The notes under the pieces: generated by a model
The model's database searches: none
What the model saw: only the letters and a program-made list of their open reading frames with translations
Told to the model about the DNA's origin: nothing
Source of the DNA: a virus
Length of the DNA: 64,000 bases
Direction: 5' to 3' (one strand)
Virus record (IMG/VR): IMGVR_UViG_3300030419_003252
Coordinates: 20,544-84,543 of that record
Program-made: the position numbers and the translations under genes
Part shown: piece after piece, positions 9,867 to 18,738 of the stretch
Position numbering within the stretch: the first letter of the stretch is position 1
Layout of the letters: every line of letters begins with the position of its first letter

Positions 9867-10648
9867 TGCCTGAAATACCAGAAATTGGTATCCATAATAT
9901 TGAAATAAGAACAACAGAAATACCAGATTACGACTCAATTCTTAAGTTAAATCTTCCTAGAACTCCTCCTGTAACTTTAAGTATTGGATCTCCAATTATC
10001 GAGTTACCTGGGTGTGTTGAATATAATTCTGGTAACAAGGAATCTAATCAATTAGTTGATGATGATCCGAGAGGTAATCGAATCTTATGTGATGGTACAG
10101 TTCCTAGTTATGACCCCATAGATTACACACCAGAGAACTTAGTACTCACTAAAGCAGCTGAAGTACCAATGGTTCCATTAGATAATAATGAGATAGCTGA
10201 ACCTATTAATCCAGAATTACCTCAACCATCTCTCCCTGAAATTATTTGTCCCCCAAATGACGCTCCTATAGTCGGTACTAAGGTTGAGGGAAACAAAAAA
10301 ATAAGTGGATATGAATTACAGAATGGTCGTTGTATTACTCTTTACGAAGAAGTTCCAATTATTGAACAAGTAGTTACAGCATTACCTACAGCTGGAGCTG
10401 TAACGACTACTGCATCTATTGCTCTTGTGGCAACGTCATCGGCAGTCCTAGCAAAGCCCCTGGCTGATCTTGTTCTGAAGGCAATAAAGCCTCTGATAAA
10501 GACTTCAATGAAGAAGATTCAGAAACTTCTTGGGAAGAAACCGAGGACTTTGAATCGAGCTGAGATTGTTGCGAATCAGTATCGAGAGAAGAAAGGTCTT
10601 CCTGCTCTGAAGGAACTGAAGAAGAAGAAGAAGAAGGAGAAGAAATAA
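9866..10648 (+). CDS. Cyanophage protein with Cys pairs and C-terminal TM/Lys-rich tail
   Basis: TAATG coupling to previous gene; PIIELPGCVE, ILCDG motifs; hydrophobic segment then poly-Lys. Confidence 0.75.
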   Translation: MPEIPEIGIHNIEIRTTEIPDYDSILKLNLPRTPPVTLSIGSPIIELPGCVEYNSGNKESNQLVDDDPRGNRILCDGTVPSYDPIDYTPENLVLTKAAEVPMVPLDNNEIAEPINPELPQPSLPEIICPPNDAPIVGTKVEGNKKISGYELQNGRCITLYEEVPIIEQVVTALPTAGAVTTTASIALVATSSAVLAKPLADLVLKAIKPLIKTSMKKIQKLLGKKPRTLNRAEIVANQYREKKGLPALKELKKKKKKEKK

Positions 10649-11297
10649 TATGTTGATGTTGTGGAATCACTCCATGAGGATTGGTTACAACAATATCGGC
10701 ACAAATTTGAAATGATGGTGATTTTGGATGAAATGAAACGCCTAACCTTTTTTGCTCGGCACAGTGCTTGAGTCGTGCCATTTCAAAATCCAACCGTTTA
10801 TTAGCCAATAGCTGTTTAGTTAAATCTGTTTGAGTATTAGCTGCTCTCAAACAACCTTCATGGTGACGTTTATCTAATGGTATAGATATGGTTGCACTAA
10901 TACCTAATGAAATATTGTTATTTGCTTTCTGCCCAGTCCTTGTAGGAACGTAATACAAGATAGAGCCTGGATTATTCAGATTACCATCATCATCCGTTGT
11001 CATGTCATAGACAGGCGAATCCCAGTAAGATTCATAAGGATCTTTCCAAGAATTACTTCCTGTCACAAATGGCGTGATATTTAACGTTGGTCCTTGACAC
11101 GAGACTCCATTCCCATACGAATTAGTAACGTATGGTCCTTGGAGGACTTGGATGGCTTGATTTGTAACGCTGCCACTACTATTAGCAACAGGAGCAGCGG
11201 AAGCACTAACGCCACCAACGCTTTCTGCACGTACTGACTGGGGGAATAGTGATACCGCATTGAGCAGAGCCAATAAGATATATTTTACTGACTGAAT
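10416..11297 (-). CDS. Exported cyanophage protein (start codon uncertain)
   Basis: Signal-peptide-like KYILLALLNAVSLFPQSVRA then GGVSA.A.PVANSSGSVTNQA; no ATG at the expected start. Confidence 0.7.
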   Translation of the reverse strand: MQSVKYILLALLNAVSLFPQSVRAESVGGVSASAAPVANSSGSVTNQAIQVLQGPYVTNSYGNGVSCQGPTLNITPFVTGSNSWKDPYESYWDSPVYDMTTDDDGNLNNPGSILYYVPTRTGQKANNNISLGISATISIPLDKRHHEGCLRAANTQTDLTKQLLANKRLDFEMARLKHCAEQKRLGVSFHPKSPSFQICADIVVTNPHGVIPQHQHIISSPSSSSSSVPSEQEDLSSLDTDSQQSQLDSKSSVSSQEVSESSSLKSLSEALLPSEQDQPGALLGLPMTLPQEQ

Positions 11298-11710
11298 GTT
11301 GAAACGGTATCTGTGACTGATGTTATGTCTGTTGTACGAGTTATTATAGTTTGCGACTTCATCCCTGGTTGACTGACAGTTGTTGTTAATTGCCAAGGCA
11401 AATCTGGATTCTTGATTGTAAAATCTGGCATTTGATTTGCATCCAAACTTGTCCACGTTGTAACCACCCCATTAACGGTATTAGATGTCGAACTTGCAGT
11501 AGGAACTAAACTATCTGCACTTGTAGTTATGTTATTTCCTGTAACTACATATTGCCACCCTGTTTGATAATCTATCACGTTAATCGTTTCGCTTACTTTA
11601 CTAGTAGTCTCCGTATGAGATGTCATCGAACCACTTTGAAAATTTGGCGTGACGGGAACAGAAAAAGCAGGGATTGGTGCTAACAATAAAAGCAGTAAAA
11701 GCCGCTTCAT
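11285..11710 (-). CDS. Exported Thr/Ser-rich cyanophage protein
   Basis: Classic signal peptide MKRLLLLLLLAPIPAFS; PVTPNFQSGSMTS. Confidence 0.8.
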   Translation of the reverse strand: MKRLLLLLLLAPIPAFSVPVTPNFQSGSMTSHTETTSKVSETINVIDYQTGWQYVVTGNNITTSADSLVPTASSTSNTVNGVVTTWTSLDANQMPDFTIKNPDLPWQLTTTVSQPGMKSQTIITRTTDITSVTDTVSTFSQ

Positions 11711-11715
11711 GACTG

Positions 11716-12234
11716 CTACTTAACGGTTATTTCACTTACGAATTGGCCTACAGCCGAGGTGTTCGCACCTCCAGCGGTTAGAGTCATGACTCCCGAACTC
11801 AAAATAGTACCTGCGAGGGAACCTGCCACACCGCCCGATTGAGTTGTGGTATTACCAAAAGCTGGCATGTCAGCCACTACACCAGAGGTCACGTCAACAC
11901 CAGTACCGATAGGATTTACGGCATCTCCTGCTGTAAAACTTTCCGAAAAACTGAAAGCAGATCCTGCAGTATTTATGTCATATGTACCAGGGTCAAGAGT
12001 TGCTGCTGCGTTATTACTAGGTGCCAATAATTTTCCAAAATGATCATCACCAGATGCAACTTTGATATTAGATCCAGAAACCGCATAAGTTGAACCGATG
12101 CGTTCAGATGTTGTACTAGCTCCTCCCACGTTTAATTGTGTACTAGTTGATAGACGATGAATCAGGTCTGCACGTACTGAAAGTGGACTAAATATTAATA
12201 TCAAAAATGAAAGTAACTTCCACATTTTAAACAT
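11716..12234 (-). CDS. Exported beta-rich cyanophage protein
   Basis: Signal peptide ending SVRA; Gly/Ser/Thr-rich. Confidence 0.8.
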   Translation of the reverse strand: MFKMWKLLSFLILIFSPLSVRADLIHRLSTSTQLNVGGASTTSERIGSTYAVSGSNIKVASGDDHFGKLLAPSNNAAATLDPGTYDINTAGSAFSFSESFTAGDAVNPIGTGVDVTSGVVADMPAFGNTTTQSGGVAGSLAGTILSSGVMTLTAGGANTSAVGQFVSEITVK

Positions 12235-12257
12235 TTACATTACTTAATTAAAGTCTA

Positions 12258-12713
12258 TCACCTACAAATTGATTCCCTTTCTTGATAATATTTATCCAAT
12301 ATCCAAGAACTACTATTAATTTTATCGTCACCTCCAACGCTCCAAACAAACTCTACTCTTGGATCTAAACCATAACGTTTTAATTCAGGTGTATTATTTG
12401 AACTACGATCTCCACCATTAGCAAAATAAATCTTATTAGTTAATTGAAAACATTTTTGAATTGCTCTACATGCAGAGTTATCTGAATCATCCCAATCTAT
12501 AACAATATTAACCATATCTAAATGACTAATTATATTTGCACGTTCTTTCCAAGTCTGGAAGTATTGTCCTTTTTTATTAACCAACCATTGATCACTATTT
12601 AAACCAACAACTAAACAATCAGATAATTTTTTAGCATTTTCAAAATATTTTATATGTCCACTATGTATAGGATCAAATCCTCCTGTAACAAGAGCAATTG
12701 AATCAAAAAACAT
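12258..12713 (-). CDS. Cytidylyltransferase-like nucleotidyltransferase (TagD/RfaE family)
   Basis: GGFDPIHSGH (HxGH), VVGLNSD, ANGGDR, NSSS motifs. Confidence 0.9.
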   Translation of the reverse strand: MFFDSIALVTGGFDPIHSGHIKYFENAKKLSDCLVVGLNSDQWLVNKKGQYFQTWKERANIISHLDMVNIVIDWDDSDNSACRAIQKCFQLTNKIYFANGGDRSSNNTPELKRYGLDPRVEFVWSVGGDDKINSSSWILDKYYQERESICR

Positions 12714-12740
12714 TGAAGTATTCTTTCTAACTACAATATA

Positions 12741-12881
12741 TTACATTCGTCTAATTTTTTTTACAATTGTCTTTGCTCGATGTAATGCTCGACGGAGCAT
12801 ATTTTCTTTTCTAACGAAGTCGATTGTTATATCTTTCTTTGAGTGATATTGCCAATTAGGAATATAAAGTGGACTGTTCAT
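12741..12881 (-). CDS. Small basic cyanophage protein (46 aa)
   Basis: AAGGAGG SD; PNWQYHSKK motif and basic helix. Confidence 0.65.
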   Translation of the reverse strand: MNSPLYIPNWQYHSKKDITIDFVRKENMLRRALHRAKTIVKKIRRM

Positions 12882-12915
12882 AAGTAAACCTCCTTAGTTA
12901 TGTTCCTCTTTAATT

Positions 12916-13380
12916 TTACATCTGGTACTTAGTTTCCTTACTAGGTGTTTCTGCCTTAATTACTAATGGAGCTTGTTCAATTCTTACAGTTTGTACAGCA
13001 GCAGTTGATGCAGCTTTTGCAATCATTTCTTCCATATCTTTTTTACTAATTTGACCATTATTTTCACCATTCATTTTCATAGTTCCATCGCTTTTTTTAG
13101 ATGCTGTAGTAATATTAAAGGAAGCCAAAACTCCTGTAAATACTGAAGCTATGAATGTTGGATCTATTTTCTGTTGAGGTATTCCTGGGATAGAAACATA
13201 ATTTAATGTTAATATCGCACCCGACCACCCAAGAACTACAATTTTTATCAGTGTAGTAATTGCATTGGCTTGTTCTTCTTTATCATCCAAACCTTCTTTT
13301 AGTTTCTGTAAAGGATTTTTCTTATCAACTTTTTTATCCTTTTTTTCTTCTAGGATTTCCGCATCTTTCTTCTCTGGCAT
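12916..13380 (-). CDS. Two-TM membrane protein (holin-like candidate)
   Basis: Two hydrophobic segments, IDPTFIASVFTGVLASF. Confidence 0.6.
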   Translation of the reverse strand: MPEKKDAEILEEKKDKKVDKKNPLQKLKEGLDDKEEQANAITTLIKIVVLGWSGAILTLNYVSIPGIPQQKIDPTFIASVFTGVLASFNITTASKKSDGTMKMNGENNGQISKKDMEEMIAKAASTAAVQTVRIEQAPLVIKAETPSKETKYQM

Positions 13381-13416
13381 TTGTAATATTTAACTGCTAA
13401 TGATTAGTATAGGATT

Positions 13417-13572
13417 ATGACATTTAATAGACACAAGGATATAACTGTAAACGTGTGCTATGAAGTACACGGAGAAAGAAAATGCATCACACTAAATAAG
13501 TATGATGCATTCAATTTACGTAATTACGTTAATAAAGAAGAAGGTGTTGTTTGGTGGTTTACTGCTATTTAG
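13417..13572 (+). CDS. Hypothetical protein (51 aa)
   Basis: ATG after AGGA, open frame fills the intergenic gap. Confidence 0.45.
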   Translation: MTFNRHKDITVNVCYEVHGERKCITLNKYDAFNLRNYVNKEEGVVWWFTAI

Positions 13573-13738
13573 CTTGCTTTCCTCCAGGGAATAAACCATT
13601 TTTTATAAATACAACTGCTTTATCATCAACAGTATTATCCGTTGAATCAGCAAGTTTAGTTAATAAATCAATAATCAATTGCTTGACTTGAGGAGTATTA
13701 ACAAATTTAAAAAGCAATGGACGAATGAGAGCAATCAT
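13565..13738 (-). CDS. Small conserved cyanophage protein (57 aa)
   Basis: MIALIRPLLF...STDNTVDDKAV.FIKNGLFP; TAAAAT box upstream. Confidence 0.75.
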   Translation of the reverse strand: MIALIRPLLFKFVNTPQVKQLIIDLLTKLADSTDNTVDDKAVVFIKNGLFPGGKQAK

Positions 13739-13763
13739 TTGATCGTTTGAAACTAAATTTATT

Positions 13764-14201
13764 TTACTCAGCCCTATAAAAAAATAAAGTCTTCCATTTA
13801 GGATTTGCTATCCAATTTGGATCTTCATGTGTTTCAAACCACTTTTTCCAAATTCTAAATTGTTTCTCAGATAAAGCAGATTCACAACGTAAATTAATAG
13901 AATCACCAACTGGTATTTCTTTCATCCATTTTCTAATTTGATAGATAACCATTAATTGAGGTTTCATTGCATCTGTTCTACCTTTACCTGTCAAACACGA
14001 ATCCATCGAGCGTCTTCTTCTGTTTTCCTTTCTCATCAACCAATCGTTGATTTGTCTCATACTTTTTCCTATAGCCATGCTTGCCAGCCATATCGTTCCG
14101 TCGTTTGTATATATCCATGGCGTCAGCCTCGCTTTCAAAATATGATCGCCAATACGAGTTATCATCACTTTCTTGGTCCTGGTTGTTCTTAAAGTCATCA
14201 T
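13764..14201 (-). CDS. Hypothetical protein
   Basis: TAATG coupling with upstream gene; globular composition. Confidence 0.65.
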   Translation of the reverse strand: MMTLRTTRTKKVMITRIGDHILKARLTPWIYTNDGTIWLASMAIGKSMRQINDWLMRKENRRRRSMDSCLTGKGRTDAMKPQLMVIYQIRKWMKEIPVGDSINLRCESALSEKQFRIWKKWFETHEDPNWIANPKWKTLFFYRAE

Positions 14202-14473
14202 TAACAGTCATAAATTTTACATTGTTGTAGAAAGGGAATACGTTCACATTCTTCTTTAAATCTAGCGGGTAAATCTAATTGGTTCTGAGTCGATTTCCAT
14301 TTACAATATTGTTCATCTAAAATTTCAGTATATAAGTTTGAGTCCATAAGTTTTTCATCCTTTAATTGTTGTGCTCTTTCTTCAAGTGCTCTTGCACTAT
14401 TTATAGCTATTTCATCGTAAAATGTATCATCAAAACCTAGATAAGGTTTGTTTGGTACTCGATTAATAGTCAT
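14201..14473 (-). CDS. Hypothetical protein
   Basis: Operon context. Confidence 0.6.
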   Translation of the reverse strand: MTINRVPNKPYLGFDDTFYDEIAINSARALEERAQQLKDEKLMDSNLYTEILDEQYCKWKSTQNQLDLPARFKEECERIPFLQQCKIYDC

Positions 14474-14481
14474 AAGAAGTC

Positions 14482-15204
14482 TTATGGTTTTGTAGTTAGA
14501 GGAATTAAAGCATCAGGGAATTTTTCATAAGCTTGACGTTCACGACTCCATGCTGTTTTCCATTCTGTAAGAGAATGTTCATGATCCTCTGCTCCAGTAT
14601 AGTTTGGAGTTGTATCACAAATAATATCGTCTTGAGTTGCTGTTGTTTCTAATATCAATCGGTCATAATCTTCAGTAAGTAAAACAGGAAATGGATCAGC
14701 CATTTCTACTACTACACCTACTGCATAATCAAATGGTGTATTAAGATTACTAGAGACACAAAGTAAGTACTCACCTATGTTTAAAGGATAATATCTTGAG
14801 TCTCCTTTATCTAATCGTCTTGCATCAAAATTATTATATAAATCAGATTGAGCACCCATTACATGACCAATATATGGATTTAATACTTTTCCATCTGATG
14901 TGATTGTTATACTATCATCATCAAAAATTGCTCGGCCTTGAATAGGATTTCTATTTATATCGTAAGCAGAAACATTAAACCATTTTTCCCATCCACCAGC
15001 TTTCGTTAATATTATCCAAGCAGAAGTTTCAATCTTAAATTTAAACCAATGGTTAACTGCCCCTCCACCATATCCACCTGATCTTGGAACATGAGTTCCA
15101 CCAAGTTTACCTGTTAAATAACGAATAGAAGTTTGGTCAAATGTTCCAACTAATAACGGATCTTGAGCAGTTCTTTGGCGTTGTGTGGTCTGGTTGCGAG
15201 CCAT
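14482..15204 (-). CDS. Hypothetical beta-sandwich (possibly virion) protein
   Basis: NHWFKF...GEYLLCVS...YAV pattern resembles PPC-like beta domain. Confidence 0.55.
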   Translation of the reverse strand: MARNQTTQRQRTAQDPLLVGTFDQTSIRYLTGKLGGTHVPRSGGYGGGAVNHWFKFKIETSAWIILTKAGGWEKWFNVSAYDINRNPIQGRAIFDDDSITITSDGKVLNPYIGHVMGAQSDLYNNFDARRLDKGDSRYYPLNIGEYLLCVSSNLNTPFDYAVGVVVEMADPFPVLLTEDYDRLILETTATQDDIICDTTPNYTGAEDHEHSLTEWKTAWSRERQAYEKFPDALIPLTTKP

Positions 15205-15221
15205 TATTGTTTAACACTAGT

Positions 15222-15875
15222 CTATCCCTCATCATAATCGGGGGTATCTTTGACTGTTAAAGGATGTGCAATAGTTTTTTGATATTTTTCTTGAATAATT
15301 TCTTGTTCTCTATTTAATAATTTAGCTTTACTTAGTCTCATTAATTTGGCTGCATCAAATGTTGTAGTAAAAGGTTGAATCTTATCTGGATAGAATTTTC
15401 TATTCCATTTAGATTTCATATGCAAAGGATTTAAACACCAAGGATTGCCACAAATACGAGTAACAAATAAAGAACCTATATCTCCCCATGCACAATGATA
15501 AATAATTTTATGAGCTGTTATATTTTCTGCTTTCTGACAACTATATTGTGAACGATATGAAGGAAAGCAAACTCGATGAGGACCACGCTTCCCTGGAAGA
15601 CTAGCTTCCCAACATTCATTAAAATCTTTTATTTTTATATGACCCCATAAAGTATTAAATTTTGTTTTGTAATCTTTATGCAAGTAATTTAAATCAAATC
15701 CACAGACATTAGATTGGATTTTTACAGCACAGTGATAACACCAATGTTCTTCTTTATCTCGAATTACATGTTGATGAGGACAAGGAAATCCAATGTAATA
15801 TCCATGTTTATCTAATTCTCTATCAGTTAGATTATTTATATTTTCAACATACCTAAAAGAATTAATACTTGACAT
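15222..15875 (-). CDS. Zn-binding HNH/His-Cys-type endonuclease-like protein
   Basis: CPHQH, CYHC, ECWE, AHKIIY, CGNPWCLNPLH. Confidence 0.65.
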   Translation of the reverse strand: MSSINSFRYVENINNLTDRELDKHGYYIGFPCPHQHVIRDKEEHWCYHCAVKIQSNVCGFDLNYLHKDYKTKFNTLWGHIKIKDFNECWEASLPGKRGPHRVCFPSYRSQYSCQKAENITAHKIIYHCAWGDIGSLFVTRICGNPWCLNPLHMKSKWNRKFYPDKIQPFTTTFDAAKLMRLSKAKLLNREQEIIQEKYQKTIAHPLTVKDTPDYDEG

Positions 15876-16191
15876 ACGAAAAATATGTAGGCTTTAATTC
15901 TAATCGGTTATCTTTGTTTCGGTTAGACATTTCATGTTGAACACCATGATTATCAGGGCATTCTTTTGTTCTTAAATAATAAACAATACGATGAGCTTGA
16001 TAAGGTTCATTATCGACAAATACTGTGTAATAACCAGTACTAATATTTCTTTTCCCTGCTGGATCGCCAATTTTATTTCCTGCTTTATTAATTGCCCAGG
16101 CTAGTCCACTAGGATATTTATCGGATAAGATAAACAATTCTTCTAATCTCCAAAGCTTTGGCATTGGTTTGTAATTACGAGACATGCACAA
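15862..16191 (-). CDS. HNH endonuclease (HNH_3-like)
   Basis: GYY.V...Y.AHRIVYYL...V.H...N..DNR. Confidence 0.75.
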   Translation of the reverse strand: MCMSRNYKPMPKLWRLEELFILSDKYPSGLAWAINKAGNKIGDPAGKRNISTGYYTVFVDNEPYQAHRIVYYLRTKECPDNHGVQHEMSNRNKDNRLELKPTYFSYVKY

Positions 16192-16228
16192 AAACCAAGA
16201 ATGAGATTAAAATTTCTTAACTCTAGAG

Positions 16229-16993
16229 CTAGATTACACTTTCATTCTCTCTTTTATAGATCTCCTTAAGTTTTTCTTCATTTTTTTCTGAATATTCATA
16301 GGTTCCTATGTGACCTAAACTAACTTTGGATGCTAAATAACTTTTAAATCCAATATCATTTGCACGTTTTACAAAAGAATAATCTTCGCCTAAAAACATA
16401 TTATCTCTATCTTTATCAATCATTGTTTCAAATATATGGCAATGTGTTTCTCCTTGATAAGACATATTTAAATCTGTATAATGTTCAACCATTTTCTCTA
16501 ATACGTGTCTTTTGATACACATAAATCCTGTTGTAAGAAAACGACTTTCTACAAAATCACCTTCTTCTTTTATTTGTTCTTTTAAAAGTTTTTCAGGAAT
16601 TCTTTCTCTGGGATTAAGATTAGGATATTGATCTATTAACCATTTTTTTATTTTATCGGGACCAGATGCAGATTTTAAAGGTAAACTTTTGGCTGGATAA
16701 AATCCAGTAACAATATCTTTATCTGCTGCTAATAAATAATGTACGTGCTTAGGTTCCCAATAAACATCAGCATCAAGCCAAAAAAGATGAGTCCATTCTT
16801 TTTCTTTTAAAGCAGCTGTAACCATCATTGTTCGTCCTAAAGAAATTAATGAACAATTTCTTAAAGTTTGAACTTCATAATTTATACCGTTTTCATCTGC
16901 ATATGGTATGAAATTTAAAAAACTATGGAAACATTTAGCCATTATGTTTCCGCCATAACAAGGAATTGCAAAACGAACTGTAGGAGGTTCCAT
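16229..16993 (-). CDS. GT-A fold glycosyltransferase
   Basis: FAIPCYGG, FWLDAD (DxD), TGFMCIKR, GEDYSF, LGHIG. Confidence 0.8.
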   Translation of the reverse strand: MEPPTVRFAIPCYGGNIMAKCFHSFLNFIPYADENGINYEVQTLRNCSLISLGRTMMVTAALKEKEWTHLFWLDADVYWEPKHVHYLLAADKDIVTGFYPAKSLPLKSASGPDKIKKWLIDQYPNLNPRERIPEKLLKEQIKEEGDFVESRFLTTGFMCIKRHVLEKMVEHYTDLNMSYQGETHCHIFETMIDKDRDNMFLGEDYSFVKRANDIGFKSYLASKVSLGHIGTYEYSEKNEEKLKEIYKRENESVI

Positions 16994-17075
16994 AAAAATT
17001 ATTATTACTTAATTAGTATAGACAAGAAACCAAGAATGAAAGTGTTATTTAATTTATAGTTAAGAAAAAAATAGG

Positions 17076-17435
17076 TCATTCTGGGTTTTTCTGCACACGC
17101 CCATAGTCATCTTCAATACGTACAATGTCGTTTTCAGAAATTTTTTCCCCAAATTGAACTTCTATAAGAACTAAATCTGTTTCGTCTGCTTTGATACGAT
17201 GCGTTCCCATGACAGGGATATGAATACATTTACCTGTTCTAGCTTTTTGCCATATACCATTTGCAAAAACTTCTCCTACTCCTGATGCAATAATCCAAGT
17301 TTCACTGCGATGCTTATGATACTGAAGACTAAGTTGCTGCCCTTTTTTTACATTAATAATTTTGGCTAGATAGCCAGGTCCTTGAAATAAAGCTTGCCAC
17401 CAACCCCAAGGACGAAAGGTAATCTTTCTAAGCAT
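17076..17435 (-). CDS. Mannose-6-phosphate isomerase type II cupin domain (ManC C-terminal-like)
   Basis: RPWG, LSLQYH.HRSE.W, EVQ.G...E.DIVR.EDDYGR. Confidence 0.9.
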   Translation of the reverse strand: MLRKITFRPWGWWQALFQGPGYLAKIINVKKGQQLSLQYHKHRSETWIIASGVGEVFANGIWQKARTGKCIHIPVMGTHRIKADETDLVLIEVQFGEKISENDIVRIEDDYGRVQKNPE

Positions 17436-18681
17436 TACCTATTTTCCTCTTCTTACGATTTTTTTTCTTAAGTGGAACTTTTTTTACGGAATGATCTACA
17501 CCTTTAATAGCATCTTCAAATATACCTGCAAATTGAGCACCAATAACTTCCCAAGTAAATTGTTTTTCTAAAGCTCTTTCATAACAAAGTTCAGCTGTTG
17601 CTTGTAGTTTTTTCGGATTTTTATATAGTTCATTTAGTATTTCTGTTAAATGATCTGTAGAAGGACAAGGCATTTCCCTACCGAAATTAGTATCAGTATC
17701 TATATGATCACAACGTATAAGTTGACCATAGCCTTCAAAAATTTCTTTACAAGATGTATGTCCTGGTACAACTTGAGCAACTTTACAAGCAGCTTGTTCA
17801 AAATTAACAAGACCCCAACCCTCACCTTTGCAGGTATTCACACCAACATCAGCTGCGTTATAAATCGTATTGAGCATTTCTAATTCAACACTTGGAGGAC
17901 CATCAACATCTGCTGTCAAAATGATTCTGTTATTTGGATCTAATTTATTTCGTTTCATTTCTCGATCAAAGAGATGCATAATATCCCAACCTTGATCCTT
18001 TTTACCCATATGTAAGTACAACTGGGTATTGGGTTTATCTCTTGCAAACTTAGCGAAGGCAGCAATGGTTATATCAATTCGTTTACGGAATTGGTTTCGA
18101 TTACCATTGAAGACAATAAATATATCTTCTTTTATATTTAATTTTTTTCTAGCTTCCGCTTTATCTATAGGAAAGAATTGCCCTGGTGTTACACCATGAG
18201 GAACAACAGCTATTGGTTTTGTAATACCACCTTGAATAAATTCATAAGCACCAAACTGTGTATAAGAAATAACTCCATCCCAATCATTAGCAGTATCAGC
18301 TAAACAACCAATCCAACCATAAGAATCCATTGGTGAATAACCAACAAATTTAAATTTTTTATCTTTATGAAAATCTTGTATACGTCTATATTGTTCATTA
18401 ATGATCCACATATCATTAATGGTAAAAACTAAATCTGGTTTTTCTATTTGAACAATTTCTCGAATTCGATCTTCTCCAAACGGTGCAGTTTGAAATCTAT
18501 TCGATGAAGGATACATCTTATATTTCTTTTGAAAGGGTGTTGGATCACCCCACCAGTTATGGGCTAAGACAACAATATTGAATTGTTTTGCTAGGAAAGG
18601 TAAAACATTTTCTGTTACACGAGCGAATCCAGTTTTTGCAGCTATATCACCACACCATAAAAGCTTTGGTTTTTTTGCCAT
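17428..18681 (-). CDS. GT-B (family 4-like) glycosyltransferase
   Basis: TGFARV, VPHGV, NRNQFRK, YNAADV...EGWGLVNFE (Ex7E). Confidence 0.9.
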   Translation of the reverse strand: MAKKPKLLWCGDIAAKTGFARVTENVLPFLAKQFNIVVLAHNWWGDPTPFQKKYKMYPSSNRFQTAPFGEDRIREIVQIEKPDLVFTINDMWIINEQYRRIQDFHKDKKFKFVGYSPMDSYGWIGCLADTANDWDGVISYTQFGAYEFIQGGITKPIAVVPHGVTPGQFFPIDKAEARKKLNIKEDIFIVFNGNRNQFRKRIDITIAAFAKFARDKPNTQLYLHMGKKDQGWDIMHLFDREMKRNKLDPNNRIILTADVDGPPSVELEMLNTIYNAADVGVNTCKGEGWGLVNFEQAACKVAQVVPGHTSCKEIFEGYGQLIRCDHIDTDTNFGREMPCPSTDHLTEILNELYKNPKKLQATAELCYERALEKQFTWEVIGAQFAGIFEDAIKGVDHSVKKVPLKKKNRKKRKIGNA

Positions 18682-18738
18682 TACAATTCTATTTCTGTAT
18701 TAAATATACATAGATTAGACAGAAATAGTAATAATTAA

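Noticed and set aside
13984-14247. Alternative-frame ORF spanning two genes
   Set aside because: Fully covered by two translationally coupled ORFs (TAATG at 14201); no independent support.
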